A program made the position numbers and the translations under genes. A DNA stretch of 64,000 nt from Vicugna vicugna (lineage: Eukaryota): NCBI GenBank assembly GCA_013265495.1, contig MU063570.1, positions 12,602,357-12,666,356 of the forward strand, written 5' to 3'. Each line of letters opens with the position of its first letter. Position 1 is the stretch's first letter. The notes beneath the pieces were generated by a model. That model was not told the DNA's origin. It did no database searches and worked only from the letters and a program-made list of their open reading frames with translations. Of this stretch, positions 1 through 13,560 are shown piece by piece.

Positions 1-1494
1 TCAAATGTTCACTTTTTTAAAGAGGGGGGCCCAATGAAGCAAATCAGTTGCTCTGTGTGCTCAGCCAGAGCTTGTCAGATGTGGGGCTTTTCTGTAGGCA
101 GATTGAGCTAGAACCCAGCTACTTCACTGGGTCAGTGTCTGCAGGTTTTTTTTTTCCCTTACAGCCAGTTGGGAAAAGACTTCCGCGATGTCACTGCAGA
201 AGGTTGTAAATCTAGGGGCTGGCTTTTGGGAGCTGAGCAGAGGAAGCTGAGTGGTTGTAGTGATGATGAGGGGTGTCTCACTAAATATTATGTAGACTTT
301 CCCTTAATCTCCCTGTTTTTTATGGCTCTTCAACCCACCCTCCCTGGGGCTGAGCTCCAGGATTCCGGAGTCTCGTGGCTTAACCTCTCCGAACTCTTTC
401 TTTGCCTCTGGGCTTTTGTGTCTGGTCCACCTCTTCCTTAAACAGAACTTTGGCCAGTTTTCCTTTAAAGTGCACCCCACACCTCCCACCCTGGCATTCA
501 GAAGTGCTTCTGATTCCTGAGAATTTACAGCCTTCTCTAGCTTGAACCATCTTGCTTTAATTTTGGCTTCCTGTGATGCAGGGTTAGAATTAGCTTTCTC
601 AGTCATTCACCATTTAGCTATATGATTTTCATCTTCCAAAATTTTGTTGACATCCTTTTAATGGCTATTGCCATCTTCCATCCTCCTTGAATGCTGGTAT
701 CACCTGTATTCCTTTCTTGTCATTGTACTGGGGAGTTGGAGAAAACCGAGATGAATGGAGGTATTCAATCTACCAGAAGCTTCTTCAGTGACTTTCAGCA
801 TCTTTCTATCCAAATATTGAATATTGTCCAATATTGAAATTCATACGTTACAGCATATTTCACATCATTGCTTCTGACATCTTGGGCTTTAGCAGAACTG
901 GTTTCATAAAAGCTAAAATGCTCTCAACATAAAATTTACGTTTCAAATACAGGTGTTCAGGACAGCAGAGTCAACATGGTCATCGTACTAGTTTAGAATA
1001 TGATCTTATGATTATAACCTGAATAGTTTTTAGGATCTTGAAAATATTGACTTACTTCAAGGACTATAAAAACAATTTAGGTTGCATGACCCCGACTAAG
1101 CCAACAGAAGCTGGCAACTCAGATGCAAGGTAAAATATTGACAGAACACTCATCACTGACTGAATCCAGGGCCTCCCAGCTGAGGGGGAACCAGTGGGCA
1201 GAAGCACTACAAAACTCAGGATAATAAATGAAATGTTCCAGTCGATTGGTATAATAAGTCATTTCCATCCACACACTGGCATATTTTGAAAATCCTGATT
1301 GATATTCTGTCAGAGACTTAGAAATAGGAGGATGAGAGTAAATAGCAGAAAAAGAAGAGTTTGAGGAAAGAAATTCATTTTATGATAGTATTGTGGAAGA
1401 AAGAAGTTTTAATTAGCCCCCTGTGAGAATACTTTTTAAAGGTTTTGTGGGATGAGAATATTCTTATTTACTGAGAGAGCTTACAACCCATCAA

Positions 1495-1615
1495 ACAGTT
1501 CTGAAACTTTTGGGGGTCTAAGGATCACCTGGGGAAATTGTTCAAGATGCAAGGAATCAGATTCCACTGCCAAAGACACAGAATCTGGTCTGGGATGAGG
1601 CTTGAGAAGGTGCAT
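1495..1615. mobile_element. MER5-like hAT-Charlie MITE fragment, abutted by a SINE
   Basis: 'ggatcacctggggaaattgttcaagatgca...gaatctggtctgggatgaggcttgaga..tgcattttt' resembles the MER5A/B core. Confidence 0.6.
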
Positions 1616-1706
1616 TTTTTATTTTTAATGACGGTACTAGGGGCTGAACCCAAGACCGCTTGTATGCTAAGCATGCACTCTCCCACTGAGTTATACCCAC
1701 CCACCC
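1615..1706 (-). mobile_element. Camelid tRNA-derived SINE (Vic-1-like), short copy
   Basis: Reverse complement reads ggtataactcagtgggagagtgcatgcttagcatacaagcggtcttgggttcagcccctagtacc, with A-box and B-box-like motifs. Confidence 0.85.
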
Positions 1707-2639
1707 CCACCATTTTTTAATGGAGAAATAGGACATAAGATAATTGTGGAACTGCAATTAAAGCAATCTATGTTTATTTCATTGCTCAATATTTGCTTAT
1801 GCTTAAATATGATGGTTATTGTCTGTGGAACTATAAATTCTGCAGGGTCTAAGTCTCATATCATTTCAAGTAAGATTGAGGAATTAGGGTACAATGTGCT
1901 TTAGGCTAGAGTGAATTTTTAAGAGATCAAATCCTGTGGACCCTAGCTATGTTTTGTAAATCACAGAATTACTCCTGTTGATCCCTTAGTATGACAAAGC
2001 AGTTCATCCTCCATACCTCCTGCCCACTCCCACCATGGTGAAGGGTGGAATTTCCCTTTGCCTCTCCAAGAGAGGGCTGGTTATTCAATCTTCTGTTTTA
2101 GGACCAACTGAGGGCACGGCTTTGTGTGTGACGAGCTGCTTTCCTTGGCATCTGTAGGAAGGGAGACTGCCATGGTGTGGATAGTGCACACATTAAAGGA
2201 AGCACAAGTGCACTTAGGACCACTTTTGGTCCTACAAGGCTGCTGGCAGGCACATCAGTAGGATCACAACTTGGTGTTCCATGCTCTGACACTGTTATAT
2301 CAAGGGTGGCACCCAAGCACATTTCCCAGATGTTCCTGGCCTTTGAGGTGTTGTTGCCTTGGCCAGGCGCTCAATTTCATTCTGCTTCCTGAGTCTTAGA
2401 TTCCCTTCCTTGCAAGGTCATTCACTGGACCCTAAGTGCCGGCCAGTGCTCCCCAGTGGATATCCAGTGTGTTCACACATATAAGGGTAGGTCTGGCTTT
2501 ATTTTTACCCCAAGCCTACTATGAGCCTAAGGGTCTATCACAAGGATATCAAATTGTGAAACCTGACCAGGCAAACCCTCCTTGAGTATATTCACTCCTC
2601 AAGTTCTTAGAATGATAGTTATAGACTAAGAAGATATAC

Positions 2640-3240
2640 TAAGATAATACCATTTACAATGTCCGGCAGTGTGCAGCCTAGTTGGGGAGATACGGAGGCA
2701 CACAGTTAAGTCAATATAAGGCAGCAGTGATGAAGTGCCACCTTACTAAGGTCTACGTCAGGGCTCCTGGGCAGAGAAAAGCCAGAGAGAAGCCAAAGGT
2801 CAGGACTGCTGGGAGTGAAAGAGAGCAGCCTCCAAGGGGAGATACTCTTTGAGGTTGACCAAGAATGAGTAAGAGTTAGATGTGGGGAGGGTGGTGGAAA
2901 GGCATTCTGGTACATCTAAGGAGTTTGTCCTTTAAGTGGTTGATGAAGATTATGGCCAGGCTGGAGGGAAGGCTCATGTTGGGGAGTAGTGAGATGAAAT
3001 GCATGGGAGAACAGTTAGGGGACTTTCTACTATTTGAGGTGTGAGATGATAAGAATATCTGGATGTGGCATTTCAAATTTAAGGAAAAACAGACACAGCA
3101 ACATTTAGAGGAAAGGAATAACAGAACTTGGTGATTGAATATATAAGACGAAAGGGAAATGAATCGAATGCTTCTGATCATCAGGTTAAATATCAGGGTG
3201 GTATGGTGGTTTCTGAAAGATGATGGGCATGTCATAGATA
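2640..3240 (-). mobile_element. L2 LINE fragment
   Basis: Purine-rich antisense L2 pattern (e.g. 'gaacttggtgattgaatatataagacgaaagggaaatga'); heavily diverged. Confidence 0.55.
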
Positions 3241-3845
3241 CATCTAAGTATCAAAACTTATTTTCTTTAAAGCATCTCAAACAGTTGTTACTGTTTATCT
3301 TGTTCTTCTGATTTGTATTTCTCTTTTGCTAAGGTACATGTTCCACACTCAGCAAAAGGTGTGAAACAGGCTCATAGCAATTTTTTTAAAGTTTGTGTTT
3401 AATTGAGCCACAAAGCTTTTTATAATTGGGCTTTTTGTTATTTATAAGCATTTACTTTGCAATAAATTCATAGTATTATGAAAATAGTTGTTTTCAGTAG
3501 AGTAGTAATAGACTATCATATGTTCCTTTTGCTTAATATTTCTATCGTAAGGATTTACTTGGTCACATCTTATCTATTACTTGAAGAGAGCACTCTCTAA
3601 AAATAGTCATTATGCAGGATTACAAGAAGAGCAGGGTTCCAAGCTTTAAAACTAGTATGTCATCATTCATTAACTAGTCATAGCAACTCTGGACTTTTCT
3701 TTGAAAAAAAAAAAAGCTATTTTCCTATACAAAGATATTCTATTATATCTTGGTTCCTGAGCAAGTTTCTATGGAGTTAATCTTTCTTATGACACCAAAT
3801 GGTTTGCATCTGACCCAGTGGATGAAGAATCAAAATACCTTTCAT

Positions 3846-3945
3846 GGGAGAGGGTATGGCTGAGTGGTAGAGTGCACACCTAGCATGCACAAGGTCATGG
3901 GTTCAACCCCCAGTACCTCCATCAAAATAAATAACACCGCCCCCC
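3846..3945 (+). mobile_element. Camelid tRNA-derived SINE (Vic-1-like)
   Basis: gggagagggtatggctgagtggtagagtgcacacctagcatgcacaaggtcatgggttcaacccccagtacctcc; TSD caaaatacctttc on both flanks. Confidence 0.92.
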
Positions 3946-4884
3946 CAAAATACCTTTCTTTCATAAGTAGTTACGTTTCCAATACCTTGTCATGATTAGT
4001 TAGTATGATTTGTGAGTTTATGCAGGTTTCCTTTACATGTTTATTTACTAAACACTTTTGACCCCAAATGGTATACAAACTGGTAACTCTCGGTATTTAT
4101 TAATACTGTGATTCCCTAGAAGGGGTTGTATAAACATACCTGCATTCCCTAATTGCTTTTGCATCTGAGACATTTGCAAATTTACATGAGCCTCTCTCTC
4201 GCATTGGGCTCCAGCCAGTTCACTACAAAGGACATTAATGGGCTTGTGAGGCCACAAACACTTGCGGTGCCAAGCTGAAGTTAGGCGGTGGTGAGGGCAA
4301 GGAGAAAGGTCTTCTCTGGGTGGAGAGAGTGGTTCACCTTGGGCCACCACTGTGCTTCTAGTGCCTGGGTGAGAATCAGGAAATAGGCTCCCCAGGTGTG
4401 ACGGCAGCCCCCTTGCACCCTCCACTGGACACCACTGTGCTATCCACCAACTGCACAAGCACAGGCTGGGGCTCTGGGTACACCTGCTTGTTCCCCAAAA
4501 GCCACTAAGCCCAGAGCAGAGAGTCAGCATCTCAGGCCAGTGCTGTAAGAATCGAGTATCTGAGTTCCGTGTGCCACACATTGCTGTGCTGTGCTGTGGT
4601 CCTGGGGGGCCTGGAGTGTGAAACTCTCAGGCTAAACGGTGACCAAAGGCCCTAGAAGGCAGGGTGGTTCACATCTGATCATAGAGCAGCCGTGATGGCA
4701 GATAATGCTAGTTTCAGTATCACCTCTTCGTAAGATTGTCATTAGGGTGGCAGAAAAGCCCAGAGAAAAATCGTCCTGCCTCTCAGAGCAGTGACAGGTT
4801 TAGAAGTACCAGACTCTAGAGCAGCCCCGCCAACAGAAATATCGTCCCAACCACAAATACAAACCATGGAACTGAAAAATCTCC

Positions 4885-5150
4885 ATTGGCCACGTGACAA
4901 AAGGCCCAAAGAAACAGATGAAATTAATTTTAATATATTTGGATTTAGCCCAATATATGAAAAGATGATATCAACATGTAATCCATATAAAAATCATGAA
5001 TGAGATGTTTGACATTGTTTTTTTCATGCCAAGTCTCTGAAGTCAGGTGTGTCTTTCACACTTTTATAGCACAACTCAATTGGGACAGGTCACGTTTCAG
5101 GTGTTCAGTAACCATACGTGGCTCGTGGCCACCATATTGGACAGGGCAGG
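4885..5150. mobile_element. MER33 (hAT-Charlie) DNA transposon
   Basis: 'gaaacagatgaaattaattttaatatatt...tcaacatgtaatccatataaaaat...gtggctcgtggccaccatattggacagggcag' follows the MER33 consensus and its terminus. Confidence 0.85.
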
Positions 5151-5271
5151 TCTGAAACAACAGCAGCAAAAATCTGCTCCGTGATCAGAAGGACCAAAGG
5201 TGAAGCAGGATGACAATTGGGGCGGGGTGGGTGTGCTGTTCCAGAGCCGCTGATTCTTTATGTCACCTCTT

Positions 5272-5424
5272 TTTTTTATTTTTTGGCTTTATTTTTGTTT
5301 TTGGGGGGAGGAGGTAGGTAATTACATTTATTTACTTACTTATTTTAATGGAGGTACTGGGGATTGAACCCCGGACCTTGTGCTTGCTAAGCACACACTC
5401 TACCACTGGGCTATACCCGCCCCT
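5272..5424 (-). mobile_element. Camelid tRNA-derived SINE (Vic-1-like), full length
   Basis: Antisense SINE body and tail; exact 16-bp TSD ctttatgtcacctctt at 5256-5271 and 5425-5440. Confidence 0.95.
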
Positions 5425-6129
5425 CTTTATGTCACCTCTTAACAGGTATATAACCCTAAACTGGACAGAATAGACTAGTATTTCCCATTGCCTGGCACCT
5501 GATCAGGAGCTGCACACAGCAGGCTCTGGGCCCCTGTCGTTAGAATTTACCTGCTCTGTGTGGCCCACGGCCTTCAGATACTTCCACAGCCACTTGTGTG
5601 TAACGTGGCTGCATCTCAACAGGAGCATGGCCCTTATTCATCCAACCCCATCATCAACACAGAACGTTTGTGAGCAGCCTCGGGGCCATATAAACATCCT
5701 GCGGTGGGTCAGGAGCACCTGACCCCCTATTAACATGTCAATAAGAGTGGCTGGTGCTCTGGGCTTGTTTTCTAGGGTTTTGATGAGCTTCATTAATTAT
5801 GTTGAGGGAAAAAAAGGTGTGCAGCTGGAGGAGATCCCACTTAGCTCCATGTGAACATGAATAATTGGACAGTTGGCAGAGTGTTAAATTGGTGGTCTAG
5901 TGAGAGAAACTCATGAATAAACACAATTCCCCAAAATGCCACAGAGTAGACACCATTCTCTCGTCCTGCGTTTCCACCGTCCCTGGACTCAAGAGCTGGC
6001 TGGTGGGAGCCAGTGTGAGATCAGTTAGGGAGCTGCCTTGGCAGGGCAGGGACGGACTCTGAAGCTGGGACAAACACTCAAATCCCTCCTTCACCCCTTC
6101 ATTACCTGCAGGGTTGGGAGCAGGTTATA

Positions 6130-6260
6130 GAAGCTCTCTCAGCTTTGATTTTTCATCTAGAAAATGGGGATGACAGTAATAGGGTTATTATGACGATGCT
6201 GTGTCTCAATTTACATAAAGCATTTAGGATAGTATCAGACCCATAGTATATACTATATGC
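6130..6260 (+). mobile_element. MIR SINE
   Basis: MIR core 'ttttcatctagaaaatggggatgacagtaatagggttattatga...aaagcatttaggatagt'. Confidence 0.75.
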
Positions 6261-6354
6261 AGATTTTTAAGGTAAAACATTAATCATATCATATGTTAGT
6301 CATACCTTTTTAATCGTGTAGGAGAGTATAACTTTCAGATTTCCTCTAAGCTAA

Positions 6355-6460
6355 CTTTATTCATTCATCATTCATTCATTCATTCAATAGACATTGATTA
6401 TGTTCCTGACATGTCTAGGTATTGGGCACACAAAGATGGAAAGAGTCTAAGAGAAACATA
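6355..6460 (-). mobile_element. L2 3' end
   Basis: 'cattcattcattcattcaatagacattgattatgttcctgacatgtctagg', the antisense L2 tail. Confidence 0.7.
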
Positions 6461-6959
6461 TTATCATATGTGTGAAAATTATATGGACAGTCTACAAACA
6501 AAGTGGCAAAAGAGTATTATTCTCTTTTAAAAATCCATGGTTTACAAGTTTTAAATGCTGATGAAAAGAGTTTCTTTTCATCCTGGCTATGACAGGATTG
6601 TTCCTCCTGCAATTATCTCTGTTTAAACTTAAAATTATTTTTCATATTTTAGCATACAATATGAAAATGTATACTTATTGTTCATTTCTGTTAAATGAGC
6701 AAAAAATACCTCCAGAGAAAATCTAGCCACTTCCCCACCCCCTACTTTAGAAGACACCTTTAAATTTGAAGCCTGATTATTTCTGGAACTTTACTATGTG
6801 AGAGAAATCATTTGTCTTTGTCAAAATCAGAAGCTAAAAAGGAAGATGGGATTTAATTCAACTGAACACTTATAACATCTAACTTTTTGGGTATTAGGAG
6901 CAGGTAAACAAGTATTCATAAAAATAATGAGAATTATTATTACTTTAAAACTGCTTCTT

Positions 6960-6975
6960 TCTCTCTCTCTCTCTC
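6960..6975. repeat. (CT)n microsatellite
   Basis: About 8 CT units seen directly. Confidence 0.9.
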
Positions 6976-7060
6976 GGGAGTTATTTAGATGAAAACAGGT
7001 ATTTTAGTAAAATGTTTAAAACAACTCCAAAATAAATAAGAGCTCTATTGGAAATTTTAC

Positions 7061-7346
7061 TGTATTAGTTATCTATTCCTGTGTAAAAAATTATATCCAA
7101 AATTTAGCAGCTGAAAACAATCCAGGAGCAGCTTAGCTGGGTGGTTCTGGCTCAAGAAAGCAAGGAGGGAGTCACAATGCCCTTTATGACATAGTGTTGA
7201 AGTCACACAGCTTTGCCGCTTCAGTATTCTATTCATTTGAAGCAAATCATTAAGTCTGTTCACACTCTAGGGGAGAGGAACTAGCTCTACCCTCTGAAGG
7301 GATTGTCACAAATTTGTGGACATATTTGTGGACGCCATAACTACCA
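7061..7346 (-). mobile_element. MLT1-family MaLR LTR, internally deleted
   Basis: Begins tgtattagttatctatt, contains 'gcttagctgggtggttctggctca' and 'aatttgtggacatattt', ends ctacca. Confidence 0.8.
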
Positions 7347-8759
7347 GGAAAGGCTTTTGACATTTCATAAAGTGCTTAAGTGGTATGGGCACAGAGACGC
7401 TTAGGATGGGAAGAACTGAGCTGGCAAAGATGAGCAGACTCATCTGGGGGATGTGCGCTTCGGCGCGGTTGCCAGCGTGGTGGAGAGGAGGGGAGGGAGG
7501 AGTCAGGCAATCACAGACTCCAAGCACACCAGAAATTTGTCTCTTTTCACTTTGCAGCCCTGGACCTAATATCAAATATGCCTCGTGGCAGGGAATTCAT
7601 GTAGAATTCTGTGGTCCAATGTGAAGAAGGCTTTGCTTTTTTTTAAAGTGGGAAATAAAATGTTAGAGGACCTAGCAGCTGAGCTGTTACCTCCTCGGCA
7701 CTAAATCCAACCTTGTTAGTTACGCGGTTTTTCACTTGGCTTGCAGAATGCCTTCCCTCACCTTCTCACTTTAAGGCATTTATTGTTTCTGCCCTAGGGT
7801 TTCTGTCCTTTCCCTCATCCTCCGTACTGTCTTTCCTGCTGAACTGTGTCCCCCTGAAAGGCATGGCAAGCTGATGCTGCCGTTCACCTCGCTGCACCTC
7901 GGAGTTCTTCCAGCGCGTCCGCCGCTTCCTCCGTTTTCCATCTCACGACCTGGGCGCTGCTGTTAGTCACATGTAACTTCCTATTACTGAATATTTCAGG
8001 GGCCGAAGCCCTCGGTGCCCCATGCTGTCCACTTAGTCATCTCTCTCCACATTTGTATTATTCACAGCAAGATGCATGCACGCAAATCCTTTAAGTCCTT
8101 CGGGCTTTTCTTTCCATTTCCCCTTCAAATATGAATCACCTAGCAACATTTGAGGACCAGTTGCATAAGAACCAAGCTATATTCCAGTTACTGTGAGCAT
8201 CACAAAGGATGTAAAAGGAATGGTTCCTCCCCTTAAGAAGTTCATCCTCTAATAAAAGCTGGATTGTTAAAAAAAAAAATTAAGTAATAACAGCATACAG
8301 ATTCCTATTTATATTCAATAGAGTGACATGTTGTCCAAGTTACAATGATCAAATTCAAAGGTTATTCTTTTGTATACTTTTTAATAGAGAAAACCAGCTG
8401 TCTTTTAGATTAAGTAAATGCATGTGCCTTGATGAAAAATATTGCTACAAGAAATCATTTAATGGGGTTGACTTCCTAGTATTATAAATATATTCCATCC
8501 AATCTGGTGAAAATGCATTTTTGCAACCAAAATAAAGAAAGAAAGCATTTATTAATAATTATAAAAGAAGATACACCCTATTAATATAATAAATAATTAG
8601 CTATGACTGGTGGCTGAAGGATAACTTATCAATGTTCTAATTTTTCTTCTGTTTTAAAACACCTGCCCTGTTTAAAAGATCAGCCCTGTGCTTTGATTTA
8701 CTTTACTTTTAATGGACTGTTGTTCAGAAAAAGGAGTTGGGATTGTGGGTTGTGAAGAG

Positions 8760-9245
8760 TTGATAAGGAATAAAAAGTGTAAGCTGAGGAGTAGTAAAAG
8801 AGGACGCCATGGGAGGAGAACTGAAGGCAGCGTGGAAGCCCCTTGGAGCTCGTTATTAAGATCTAACCTGTGATACAAGAAGCAGTGGCTAGTCGCTGTA
8901 GGTTTCTGAGAAGAGGAGAGTACTATCTTGATCAAAATGACTGTGACAGAGGAGATGCTAGGAAACAGCACACTTGGAGGACCTGACTGATATGACTCCA
9001 GAAATAGATCCAAAGAAAAAGTGAAAGATGAGTGGAAGTGACCATGGGCATGAGTTGGGACAAGTAAGACAAAGAGTCATCAAATTTGACTTCCAAGCCT
9101 CTAACTTAAAAAGACTGAGGAGAGCCATCAGTTGCTGGTAAAGGGAGAGCTGTCCAAAGGGGATGGTTTGAACACTGTTTAGCTTGTCTGTTGGACATTC
9201 AAGATGTCTTTCAGTGGAGGAATTAAGGACTAAAGCTGTGGGGTT
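8760..9245 (-). mobile_element. L2 LINE fragment
   Basis: Antisense L2 motifs 'ggaagccccttggagc', 'agagtcatcaaatttgacttccaagcctct', 'tgtctgttggacattcaagatg'. Confidence 0.6.
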
Positions 9246-9399
9246 TAGGTTCGTTTATGCCCAAGCAGTAGTTGAAAGCATGCGTTGATGAACCACTTCT
9301 TGAGGGAAGTCGTACGTGGTGAGAAAATATAATGTCTGGCACTAGGTCTGAGATAGCTAGAATTAATGATTAGGAAAAATGACAAGCATACAAGAAATA

Positions 9400-9630
9400 C
9401 CTGTATGTGTGTGCATTGGATGAGTGTATATGTACATGTATATTTGTGTATATCCACACATATGTATTTATACAATATCTGAAAACCCATTCATTGTAAT
9501 GTTAACCCTAGTTAGTTTTTTCTAACTACTGGGATTATAAGTGATATTTCTTTTCTTTTCTTTTTTTTTTTTTGGCTCATCTGTATTTCCTTATTTTTCC
9601 AGTTGAATATGTATCACTTATATAAGTTTC
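9400..9630 (+). mobile_element. Old L1 (L1MC-like) 3' end
   Basis: 'ctgggattataagtgatatttcttttc...tctgtatttccttatttttccagttgaatatgtatcacttt' after a TA/TG-rich tract. Confidence 0.55.
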
Positions 9631-9886
9631 CTCATAGGGAAAAATCGTTTTTTAAGTCCTTGGAGGGATGAAAGAAATAAGAATAGAATTTTCAAGATCA
9701 GAATAAAAGGGAACCCTGAAATAATGGTCTCAAGATGAGGAAACAGAGACCCCAGTAGCTGAGTGATTTATTATTAGGCTTTCAAAATAAGAGCTTGAAT
9801 TTTTTAAAGCTGGGGCTTAAAATATATACATGTCAAGGAGAAGAATTGAGTTACCCTCATCTTTTAGAACCTAGACTGATCCAAAG

Positions 9887-10116
9887 CAGCAGTTCTCAAC
9901 TAGGGATAATTTCATTTCCACATCCCCCAGTGGACAGTTGGGAACATCTGGAGATATTTTTGGTTGTCAAAACTAGAGGAAGGGATTGCTGCTGCTGGCA
10001 TCTGGTAGGCAGAGACCAGGGGCACTACTGAACATCCTGCAATGCACAGGACAGGCTCCCACAACAAAGAATTATTCAGTTCCAAATGTCAACAGTGCTG
10101 TGGTTGGGAAACTGTG
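9887..10116. mobile_element. MER20 (hAT-Charlie) MITE
   Basis: cagcagttctcaac...ggcatctggtaggcagagaccagggg...aacatcctgcaatgcacaggacaggctcccacaacaaagaattatt...gggaaactgtg. Confidence 0.92.
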
Positions 10117-10129
10117 ATCTAAAGTGTAG

Positions 10130-10345
10130 TTCATATTAATAGCTACCATAGACAGAATGCTTTTTGTGCCAAGATTTGTGCTGCGCTAAGCACTTCACGT
10201 GAATCGTTTCATGTCATCCTCAGATGACCTGGAAACTCAGACATATAAGGTTGAGTAGCCTGTTCAAGGTCACACAGATGGCATTGGAACTGGGAACTAA
10301 AGCAAAGTCTGTTCAAATTCAAACCTGAGCTCATAAACATTATGC
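10130..10345 (-). mobile_element. MIR SINE
   Basis: Antisense MIR 'ctaagcacttcacgtgaatcgtttcatgtcatcctc...ggaaactcagac...ttcaaggtcacacag'. Confidence 0.75.
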
Positions 10346-11146
10346 AATTTTGCCTCCAAGTCGACACTCACAGAGTGAAATGGGAACAAGACAACCAGCT
10401 GAAGGTCACATCTGACATTCTGGTTTCATTTTTTCCTACCCTTGTCAAGGCAGTGGCTTCAGAACCACTTCTATTTAAACACTTTTCTGTGTCCGTTCCC
10501 CTTCACCCCTTCCTCCGTACCCATCTTCCTGATGTTTCTTTTGTGAGAGTATTGTTTGCTTTTTTTAGAGGTGGGGGTGGGAGGTAGTTTTGGTTGGTCG
10601 TGCAAATGGGGACTGATATGTGTCTGGTCTGCAGGATTTTGGGTCATGGAAAGTGTCCAAAAATTCCCACTTTATAGCATCATTTAAGCACACTGGCAAC
10701 AACACAGGCAGAATTTTTATGTTATTCTCACCCAGCTTCCTGGATCTCTTCATCTTTATCTCCGGATGATGAATTCTTGTCTCCAGCATTCCAGAGTTAC
10801 CTCAACCTCCTTGCCACTTTCACTGAAGGACACTGCATATTAAGAACAAAAATTGCATTGCTTTTAAAAACTGTCTTCCGTGGGTCCTTGAAAACATAGA
10901 TCAACAACTCAGCGGATCTAATTGGCTTGCTTGTCAGCTGGGAGGGAAGAGTGGCATTCCCACTATTATGTACATTCATATGTCTCCACTCTGTTGCATG
11001 TACTCACCACTTCTTTTCTGATTGAAAATTAGGATTTTTAGACTTTTATCTTACGCATACTAAATTACTATAGACACAAGAATTGGAAAGTACCAATCAG
11101 GCTCTTGAATCTCTCTTCCCTTGCCATGTTTCCCACACTAACATGG

Positions 11147-11471
11147 NNNNNNNNNNNNNNNNNNNNNNNNNNNNNNNNNNNNNNNNNNNNNNNNNNNNNN
11201 NNNNNNNNNNNNNNNNNNNNNNNNNNNNNNNNNNNNNNNNNNNNNNNNNNNNNNNNNNNNNNNNNNNNNNNNNNNNNNCTGTACACTTTGAATCATCTCT
11301 AGGTTACATATAATACCTACTACAAAGTAAATACTACATAAATAGCTGCCGTGTGGCAAGTTCTTTTGCTTTGGGGAACTTTCTGGAATCTTTTCCCCAC
11401 ATATTTTTCATCCACAGTTGGTTGAATCCGCAGATGTGGAACCAACCCTCAGATACACAGGGCCCACTGTA
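11147..11471. mobile_element. MER2/Tigger2a-like DNA transposon; left part hidden by an N-run
   Basis: 'tacactttgaatcatctctaggttacatataatacctactac' and terminus 'gttggttgaatccgcagatgtggaacc...gggcccactgta'. Confidence 0.8.
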
Positions 11472-11854
11472 ATGAGTCCCAACATTGACATGTAAGGAAA
11501 GACCATAGCGCATTTCAGAGTGTCCCACCCATGTCTGTGGCTCCCTCTGGATCACACAAGATTGTTTTAAGTAGTAAAATGTCAACAGTAATAAATATAA
11601 TTAGGAAGGAAATTTGGATAAACCTGTGCACAGGAAAAGACTTATTTTAGAATCTTTTCCTGTGAGCGTTTTTTTTTTTCTCTTTTTGGTCAGGATTGAG
11701 TTTCTTTTTAATACCAGTGCTATCACTCAAGGGGAAGGAGAATTTATTTGTATCCTTTATCCTGTTTTGATTTTGAGGGACAAATTTTATGCATTCCTTT
11801 CCTATTTCTTTAGACTTGAAGTCATAAAAACAAAACACTACCTTTTTTTTTTTT

Positions 11855-12090
11855 AAGTGAATACAGTGTTTCTGGCATTGTTCTACACGGTCTCCCTGCA
11901 GGTCTTCATTTATCTTCACCAAGCTTGTCATAACTTATTATCTCCATTTATATGTGAGAAGACTGAGGCGTAGAAATAGCAAGTGATTTTTTTCCTAAGA
12001 GCACTTAGCTAGTAAATGAGAGAGTGGAGAATTGAACTCAGATCTCTTTGAATTCAGGGCCCAGGCTTTGCTTAACTACTGGGCAAACTG
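11855..12090 (-). mobile_element. MIR SINE
   Basis: Antisense core 'attatctccattatatgtgagaagactgaggcgtagaaatagcaagtga...gaattgaactcagatct'. Confidence 0.75.
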
Positions 12091-12529
12091 CCTTCCAGAT
12101 TATGTATTAAACCTGAATTTCAATATTATTTTCTTTCAGAGAGCTAATAGCACTTTCACATGTTAATCTACTCTCATCGTATCAAGCTGAGTAAGTGGAA
12201 TGAATTCATAATATCAAATAAATCTTAAGTGATCCTGTGGCCAACCTTCCATATATATCCAGTATCCACAGTACTGCCTCTGAGTTCCTGCTCCATGGGG
12301 AGGTAGTATCCCCTGAGGTTTGAAGAGGGTCTATTCTAGCTGCTCTGTTGAATGCACAGTCATCATTTTCCTTTACAGCTGTAAGCACAACCATGTGTCA
12401 GAAACAGTATCCAGAATTTCGGTTTAAAAGTATTATGGCATATAGAAACCAGGAACCAGTCCACCGGTTTTTGTATAAGAGTCACGGGAAAGCCAGGCTG
12501 TCCCCACAGCGAGGCTGTGAAGCAGGGAG

Positions 12530-12985
12530 GAGCAGTGGGCCCAGGAGATGGATGGACCTTAGTTTGAACACTGGCCCCTTGGCTTACCAGCTATGGGGTC
12601 TTCCACAAGTTTTCATCTGTACTTAAATTTTAAATATTTTTCTTAACTTCAGTTTTTGCATCTGTGAAGTAGGGATAATGATCTACTCAAAGCTAATTTA
12701 TGTATTATTATCAATTAGCAGTATTACTATTTTAGATACGGCATCAGAGAGAAACAGAAACAGTTTTCATGAAAAACTTCCTAATTTGGAATCCTAAGTG
12801 GAATCCTGGTTCAAATCTCACATTGGGTGTTTACTAACTTTGTGCCTGGGGTGGGTCTCTTCAGTTTCTTCACCTGCAAAATGAGACGATAATGCCTGCC
12901 TTGCAGGAAAGATTAAATACGATGAATGTCAAATATTTGGTGTGGAGCAGAAGCTCAGCAGATGTGAGCTTTAATTATTATTTTC
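12530..12985 (+). mobile_element. Two tandem MIR SINEs (~12530-12720 and ~12785-12985)
   Basis: Cores 'cttcagtttttgcatctgtgaagtagggataatga' and 'cttcagtttcttcacctgcaaaatgagacgataatgcctgccttgcagga'. Confidence 0.7.
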
Positions 12986-13424
12986 TGCTTAACCAAAGCT
13001 GCTGAAGTATTTTCCTAGAAGCTTAGACCAACTTCCCTAGCACCTTCCAGGCCCATGGGTTCTAACTTTTTTTTCATTTTCAAGTAGCACATCCCTTTGA
13101 AAATACAATGAAAGCTACAGCAATATCACTAGAAAAAAAAAAAGACACATTCCCCAAACAAATGTGGATACCAAGACAGGGGATGCATAGACCCTCACCT
13201 CCCCTGTGGAATGAGATTCCCAGGTTTAGACCTAAGAGTTTAAAAATGTATGACAATCCAAATAGAATGATTTTCTGCTTTGTAATAAGACTTATCATAG
13301 TACTCCCATTGCAGCTTTCCCAGTATCATTAAAATAAAATTCCATTTATAAAAAAAAAAACTCCCTTGATTCAGAACGTTTCAAGAACACATTTATTTCA
13401 TTAACGGGGACAAGCCTCTTTTTA

Positions 13425-13560
13425 ACAAAACATATTTATCAAATGCCTATTATGTGCCTAATAAGGTGGTGGGTGTTATGGGGAACAAAAGAAGCTTAAC
13501 ATGTGGTCCCTGCCCTCTGTGTTTCCTCCTAATTGGAGAGGCAAGTGAACAAGGCAGCGT
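13425..13560 (-). mobile_element. L2 3' end
   Basis: 'aacaaaacatatttatcaaatgcctattatgtgcc...atgtggtccctgccctc'. Confidence 0.7.

Noticed and set aside
2215-2234. Perfect 8-bp inverted repeat taggacca-cttt-tggtccta (similar one at ~52335-52361)
   Set aside because: Several stems of this length are expected by chance in 64 kb
4048-4581. Longest ORF in the track (177 aa, - strand)
   Set aside because: No recognisable domain, non-ATG start, composition typical of random non-coding ORFs
11147-11278. N-runs as masked coding exons
   Set aside because: No consistent splice dinucleotides at the flanks, and three runs sit inside transposon relics
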